From: Collinsella sp. | GTDB taxonomy: Bacteria; Actinomycetota; Coriobacteriia; Coriobacteriales; Coriobacteriaceae | DNA length: 64,000 bases | Assembly (NCBI GenBank): GCA_036550355.1 | Contig: JAXKGN010000005.1 | Location: 59,193 to 123,192 of the forward strand | Direction: 5' to 3' | Shown here: positions 58,912 through 64,000 of the stretch, piece by piece | Layout: each line of letters starts with the position of its first letter | How positions within the stretch are numbered: the first letter of the stretch is position 1 | Position numbers and translations under genes: made by a program | The notes under the pieces: generated by a model | Seen by the model: the letters and a program-made list of their open reading frames with translations, nothing else | The model's database searches: none | Told to the model about the DNA's origin: nothing

Positions 58912-59892
58912 CTAGAAGCACCAGGCGGGACAGACGCAATACGAGTTCGCCGCGCCGCCGTCGTACGACGCATCGCTGCCGGGGAGGGCAAGGAGGAAGG
59001 AAGTAGAGTCGTTCGGATACACCGAACGCTCCCACCACCAGCCGCCAACTCTCTGGTAAGCGTTGCCCGAATAGTTATTCAGCACCTTGCTCTTGAAGGC
59101 CTCGTACTGGGTACCCTCTGAGGAAGTCCAGGGATAGTCGGATGCCCAGCGGGAGGTGTGGACAATCTCGGAGTAGCTGAGCAGGAACAGCTTGTCCGAG
59201 GCCGCCGTAACGGTGGCATTCTTGTCGGTTCCATCAACGTTGTTCGTGAGCTTCCTGACCGATTTCACCTTGGTCTGGAAATCGGACGGCATGAGGTTCC
59301 AGACCTCGCCCGAGTTCATCTTCTGACGCAGTTCCGACTTCTCCCAGCCGCCGGCGTTGTTTTTCGTGGCGTTCATGCGGGACCTGATTCCCTTCGAGGT
59401 GATGAGGAACGTCAGGCCCGCCTTTCCGGATCCGTCCGCGAGGTCATCGTGGTTGATGCCGATAATTCGGTACTCGATCGTCTCACCGTTAGTCAGCTTG
59501 ACCGACCAAGTCGTCCCCGCATCCATCGCCGCCATGGCTTTGGCGTAGGCGGGAGATGCCTCGCCCTTGGCGGCGATGTCCTCGGCCACGGCCTTCTGCT
59601 CGTCGAGAGTCCAGTCCCTCGCGTCCTTGGCCACCGCCGCCTGGACGGTCGCTGAATCGGCACCCGTAGAACCGCCGGAAGCGCCGCCCCCGATGCCGCC
59701 GTCCGTCCCGCTGTCCAAAGTGGTCGAGACCTGGTTGAACTGGTTGCGGATGGCTCCGGCCACGCCGGGTCCCGCGAACACGATCACCAGGCCGATGACC
59801 ACGATGATCAGGACGTACTCGATGATTCCTTGGCCTCCGGAGGCGGATACCTCTAGGAGATACCCCCCCCCGGAGGTTCTGCGCCGCTGCAT
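58912..59892 (-). CDS. Flp-pilin-like N-terminus fused to a DUF6273/C-type-lectin-like domain
   Basis: GQGIIEYVLIIVVIGL prepilin-like motif; GGWEKSELR, DKLFLLSYSEI and WWWERS...VCPAWCF. Confidence 0.7.
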   Translation of the reverse strand: MQRRRTSGGGYLLEVSASGGQGIIEYVLIIVVIGLVIVFAGPGVAGAIRNQFNQVSTTLDSGTDGGIGGGASGGSTGADSATVQAAVAKDARDWTLDEQKAVAEDIAAKGEASPAYAKAMAAMDAGTTWSVKLTNGETIEYRIIGINHDDLADGSGKAGLTFLITSKGIRSRMNATKNNAGGWEKSELRQKMNSGEVWNLMPSDFQTKVKSVRKLTNNVDGTDKNATVTAASDKLFLLSYSEIVHTSRWASDYPWTSSEGTQYEAFKSKVLNNYSGNAYQRVGGWWWERSVYPNDSTSFLLALPGSDASYDGGAANSYCVCPAWCF

Positions 59893-59990
59893 GCATATGC
59901 GACACTCCCTTCGCTCAGGGTGAATAGAAACGAGCTGAGCGTAGGGTTATCGCGGGAATCTGTCTTTGTCTTGCCGCTGCGGCATCTTGA

Positions 59991-60231
59991 CTATTGCCAT
60001 GTCTTGGGAAGGATTACGCCGGGTACGTTCTTGTTGGAGTCGCTATGCAGTGTATTCGGGCTGATGTTCCAGTCGGAACAATCCAGATGGAGACTCCGGC
60101 ACTGCTCGGACATTCCCGTTAAGTCATATACAGCACTGAAATCGCACTTGGCACCGAGACCAGTTACGTCCACATCCGCGTCCGGAACGAATCGAAGCGG
60201 CATCCCGTTTCAAAACGTATGCGTTTCACCA
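59991..60231 (-). pseudogene. C-terminal remnant of a BspA/DUF285-like surface protein
   Basis: DFSAVYDLTGM.EQCRSLHLDCSDWN...PGVILPKTWQ*; broken 5' end. Confidence 0.4.
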
Positions 60232-60248
60232 TGAGAGAGGGATCTGTC

Positions 60249-60606
60249 ATGAGCTGGAAACCGAGAAAATGCATTATCGCCTTACTGACTTTGGCGACTC
60301 TGACGTGTTTCGCCGCCTTAATCGCCGTCAATATCAAACCGCAACACAATGCTTATCCCTCATCTTTGTCCATTAAAATGGGACAGGATTTCAGCCTCGG
60401 TCCATGAAGGAGACTTTCCCATATACATAGATTAAGATAATACCGTGTATGACGAATACGAACTTGAGCATATTCCGTCCGTATTCATACTGGATGATCA
60501 AGGAAACATCATCGGCTTATCCGAAGGAGAGGAAGAACCTCTTGCCTTATTAAAGAAATACGCCAAATACAACGGATATAAAGCGGAAGGAGGCGACATC
60601 GAGTAA
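60249..60606 (+). pseudogene. Membrane-anchored thioredoxin/TlpA-like pseudogene
   Basis: N-terminal TM, frameshift/deletion near 60400, then FPIYID*DNTVYDEYELEHIPSVFILDDQGNII; CxxC region missing. Confidence 0.5.
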
Positions 60607-60635
60607 CTATCAAAGGCCAGATTAAGGAGCCGGCC

Positions 60636-61041
60636 ATGAAGAAATGCCTACCCTCCATCGTCTCAACAACTCTTTGCCCCTCCCTTGTCATGACACCATT
60701 TGTACCCGTTGCGGCAGCCCATGCCGACGAGGGATCTCCCGCCGAGAGCAGCGATATCTACGTCGGAGTCAATTACGACGAAAATTACGATATATCCCTT
60801 TTTTGAGCGCGGGCGCTGCGCGGATTCATATTCCAAGGCGTGGTGCGATTCTCACGGATCTGCAAATAACCGCCCCGCCCCTCACAAGGTCAAGCTGAAC
60901 GCGAAGGAGGAGGCTTGCCTGCGCGATCTCTAGCTTGTTGGCACCGCTGAAGTTATCGCCGGTCTCGTGACAACCGGTCCTAGCGGCGGCTTTTTTGCAA
61001 CCGCAATGACATCGTACCGACTTTTCATTTGCATGTTCTGA
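60636..61041 (+). pseudogene. Secreted Cys-containing bacteriocin-like precursor with two lesions
   Basis: RBS AAGGAG, signal peptide ending AHA, frameshift near the T6 run 60799-60804, TAG at 60931, final TGA at 61039-61041. Confidence 0.5.
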
Positions 61042-61053
61042 AAGGAAGTTGCC

Positions 61054-61293
61054 ATGTTGTCGCAAAATCAATCGAGATACTTGAACACAATCGGCTTTGC
61101 CCTGCTTGCATTACTCTTTGCTAGCGACCTTTTGCTGAAACCGCCCAAGGAACTCGTTTTGCTTGCCATAGACTGCATTTCCGCCCTTTACTTTACGGCA
61201 ACCCTAATCGTCGGACTAAAGGAGAGGAAAAAAGGCGCAGTCGTTGCGTCCGCCGTAGGCGTGATCACAGCCATTGCATCATTCTTTATCTGA
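61054..61293 (+). CDS. Small 3-TM protein (candidate immunity protein)
   Basis: 79 aa, hydrophobic, RBS AAGGAAG directly after the precursor. Confidence 0.6.
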   Translation: MLSQNQSRYLNTIGFALLALLFASDLLLKPPKELVLLAIDCISALYFTATLIVGLKERKKGAVVASAVGVITAIASFFI

Positions 61294-61743
61294 CACATTG
61301 GTGATTTAGGGGCGATATCGTAGGAATACGACCGGGAGAGTCGGGACCAGATTGCCCGGGTTGCCCGGTCGGCTCGCGCGACGGCGCGGCGGTTCCACAG
61401 AAAGCTCTCCCGACTTCACGCCGTTTCTGATCGCATTGTAGACAGCCATCTCGTCTTCGCAGTCGGCGAGCACGCGGTGTGCGTCGTCGATTTGGATGTC
61501 CAGTAAATCTCGAAGGTCCTCCATGCACCAGCGTCCGAGATTTGGCCATGCGCGTTGCGCGAGCTGATAAGTGTCGATTGCGATGTTGTAGTTAAAGTCC
61601 AGGCCAAAGCCGTCCCAGGCAGAACAGCTTTGTTTCCTTGATTATCACCTTCATCCGGACACTTCCCGCATTCATCCGTGTGTGTACGGATGAATGCGGG
61701 GTTCAATACCCCGGCGGCCTAATCGGCAGACCGCCGGGAACTC

Positions 61744-62181
61744 TCACTCCTCGATAAAAGCCGGCACTCGGTTAGTCCTGCGCATCTTGAAATCGCCGGT
61801 CTCGTGGGAGACGTAGAGAATGCCGTCCATCCCATCTCGCGATGCATATGAAAGGTGAACAGAACCGCAATCCGCTCCATCATTGTCGAGAAGATCGAAC
61901 GAATTCGGGTCGCTCGTTGCGGCCAAACGACCACTCAGACAAGAGCCATCGTCATTACAGATTTGCCATTCCATGTCTTCGCCTGCAAGAATCGCCATAG
62001 ACGGCCTGGTCGCGCCATCGTTGACATACATCCCGTCTATGCCAAACCCATTTTCAGCGCCATCGATGAACGACTGCTCGGACCTATACCTCGCAAATGA
62101 TGCACATAGCACCATTGCAAGACAAAGTACAAAGCCAACAATCGCTATCTTTGCATAGCTCTTGCCTATCATGTCATTCAC
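61744..62181 (-). CDS. Membrane-anchored hypothetical protein
   Basis: N-terminal TM and acidic beta-rich domain; overlaps the ABC gene stop. Confidence 0.65.
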   Translation of the reverse strand: MNDMIGKSYAKIAIVGFVLCLAMVLCASFARYRSEQSFIDGAENGFGIDGMYVNDGATRPSMAILAGEDMEWQICNDDGSCLSGRLAATSDPNSFDLLDNDGADCGSVHLSYASRDGMDGILYVSHETGDFKMRRTNRVPAFIEE

Positions 62182-63988
62182 CTCCCTCGTATGTATCGAG
62201 GTATTCCTGCTTGAGCGTCTGCGAGGACGACTTGATCTTTTCCACGAGCGTGCCGGCTTCGATGAAGTAGAACGAGTTGGTAAGGTCTGCCAGGTCGTCG
62301 AGTAGATGGCTTGAAATGAGCACGCTGCGTCCCCGCGCCACCTCGCTGCGCATCGCGTCGCAGGAGGTTTTCCGCTTTCCCGGATCGAGGCCGTTCAGCG
62401 GTTCATCGAGGATAAGGTACGGGCAACCGGTCGATATCGCCATGGCAAGCTTTACCTGCTGCTTCATTCCTGTCGAGAGTTTACGGGTCGGCTTGTCGAG
62501 ATATGAGGAGATTCCGAGGGAGCTGCAGAGCGAGTCGATGTCGGTGGCCGATTTCCACGCCTCCCTAACGAAAGCAAGGTGCTCGAGGGCTGATAGCGTG
62601 GGGTAAAGATCCGTGTCGCCTGAAGAGCTCAGGTAGACGAGTTCTGCAAATTCGGCTGATTGACGTTGGCTGATTCCGTCTGCCGCCAGGCTTCCCGAGC
62701 GGATGCGGGTGGGAAATTGGCCCGACAGCGCTTCAAGAAGGGTGGTTTTCCCCGAGCCGTTGGGAGCAACGAGGCCCGCCGCCGTTCCCGGGCTCAGGAA
62801 AAGCGACCCGATTGAAAGTATCGTCGTGCTTCCGTATCCCACGCTCGCGTCCAGAAGCTCGAGCCCATGGTGCTTTTTCGCGGGTCCAGGCTGTTTGGGG
62901 GAACGTGTCGCAACGGCGCCGACCGCAAAAAAGACCGCGACGTATGCCAGGGCCACGGCAAGCATCGATGCGCTGCCTGAACCGGAGCCAATGAATTCCG
63001 TCGGGAAACATCCTACGTAACCCGTTGCCTCGATAGGCGAGAATACGGGCAGTGGCAGGAGCCCGAGCACGGCATTATGCCCTAGTGCCGAATCGGACAA
63101 TAACGGGAATGCCGGGGCCGCGACAAGCAGCGCGGAGGTAAGGGGGCCCGCGAGGACGCGCCTCGTTGCGGTCGATAGGACGGCGGAGCAAACGGATATC
63201 AAGGTTCCGCCCGCAAGCAGCGCGAGAAGCAGGGCTGTGAAGACGTTTCCCGCGGTCGTGGTGGTAAGCGCGCCGTCATGGAAGAAGGCGATCGGGTACC
63301 CAATTTGCCCGAAGCCGTTTAGGGCCAAGGCGTAAATGCCCCCGGGTGCGAGGCCGGCGAGGAGCATCGCGGTCCCCGCGGCGATTATCGAAAACACGAT
63401 CTGGATAAGGCGCCGGAATTTGGGCACGGGCGCCTTTGCCGCCAGGGTCCCGGGCCTTGTGGCGCCGAGCACGAGTATCGACGAGAGAAGGAAGGGGATG
63501 AAGGGAAGGAAAGACGGCGCCGTGGCAATGGCGTAAGGCAGGAAGGAAAGGAATGGCAGGTCGTTTGCGGAGGCCGGGATATCCGTGATGCCGGAGCTGC
63601 TCAGGGCACGGCAATATGCGAGCGCTGCGTCATTGGTCTCTTGGTCTCCCACGATGGACCCGGATTGGAAGCCTTCGCCCATGAGCGCGTAGTAGCTCTC
63701 GGCAGAATCGAGAAAGGCGGCGTCGGTTTGAGCGGCAAGGGCGGCGTTCGCGTATCTTGCAAGCTCCGCGTCATTTTGCTGCTCTGGAGATAGGTCTGTG
63801 CCGCTGGCCTGGGGCGCGCGCGTATTGAATGCGTCGACAAAGCTCTGCATGCCCTGTTTCATAAAGAAGGGCCCGTAGATGGGTGAATTGAACGCAATGG
63901 GGATGGAGAAGGCTGCAGCGAGAACGAGCGTAGAGATCCATACGGCCCTGTCCCTTAGGATTAGTTTGAGAAGAAGTCGACAGTACAT
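62174..63988 (-). CDS. Fused ABC-2-type permease + ATPase
   Basis: Multiple TM segments, then APNGSGKTT, LSTGMKQ, LILDEP and ISSH motifs. Confidence 0.85.
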   Translation of the reverse strand: MYCRLLLKLILRDRAVWISTLVLAAAFSIPIAFNSPIYGPFFMKQGMQSFVDAFNTRAPQASGTDLSPEQQNDAELARYANAALAAQTDAAFLDSAESYYALMGEGFQSGSIVGDQETNDAALAYCRALSSSGITDIPASANDLPFLSFLPYAIATAPSFLPFIPFLLSSILVLGATRPGTLAAKAPVPKFRRLIQIVFSIIAAGTAMLLAGLAPGGIYALALNGFGQIGYPIAFFHDGALTTTTAGNVFTALLLALLAGGTLISVCSAVLSTATRRVLAGPLTSALLVAAPAFPLLSDSALGHNAVLGLLPLPVFSPIEATGYVGCFPTEFIGSGSGSASMLAVALAYVAVFFAVGAVATRSPKQPGPAKKHHGLELLDASVGYGSTTILSIGSLFLSPGTAAGLVAPNGSGKTTLLEALSGQFPTRIRSGSLAADGISQRQSAEFAELVYLSSSGDTDLYPTLSALEHLAFVREAWKSATDIDSLCSSLGISSYLDKPTRKLSTGMKQQVKLAMAISTGCPYLILDEPLNGLDPGKRKTSCDAMRSEVARGRSVLISSHLLDDLADLTNSFYFIEAGTLVEKIKSSSQTLKQEYLDTYEGGE

Positions 63989-64000
63989 TTAGAAGCACCT

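Noticed and set aside
61306..61706. Short minus-strand ORFs of 72-96 aa
   Set aside because: No recognisable motifs or clear RBS; may be remnants but cannot be supported.

Overview
High-GC actinobacterial chromosome segment; gene content and style suggest Coriobacteriia (Collinsella-like), which is an inference. Layout: (1) 1-11.9 kb, minus-strand glycogen cluster glgB-glgP-glgC-glgD-glgA plus a GH13 enzyme, with long Lys/Ala/Thr-rich tails on GlgA and GlgB; (2) HAD phosphatase, thiamine pyrophosphokinase, tRNA-Ala; (3) 14-28 kb, Wzx/Wzy polysaccharide locus headed by a LoaP/UpxY-type NusG paralogue with a long structured leader and a split fnlA/fnlBC pathway; (4) 28-38 kb, defence/toxin-antitoxin island with a dCTP-deaminase-fold+3TM / nucleoside-deoxyribosyltransferase-like pair, a HEPN-motif protein, MNT, AAA ATPase plus broken partner, and Doc; (5) 38-41 kb, tRNA-Val, a DUF559/Vsr-like nuclease gene, a duplicated tRNA-Ala cassette and tRNA(CAU); (6) 41-58 kb, core genes (ABC-F, scpAB, rluB, cmk, ispH, der, plsY, gpsA, rpe, coaBC); (7) tRNA-Pro followed by a decaying accessory island. 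Best novelty candidates: the deaminase-fold-TM + NDT putative signalling defence pair, and a family of fixed-geometry 132-bp inverted-repeat elements with a central CCGCAGGTAG motif, found on both sides of the DUF559-like nuclease gene. All family calls come from motif recognition by eye, not from database searches.
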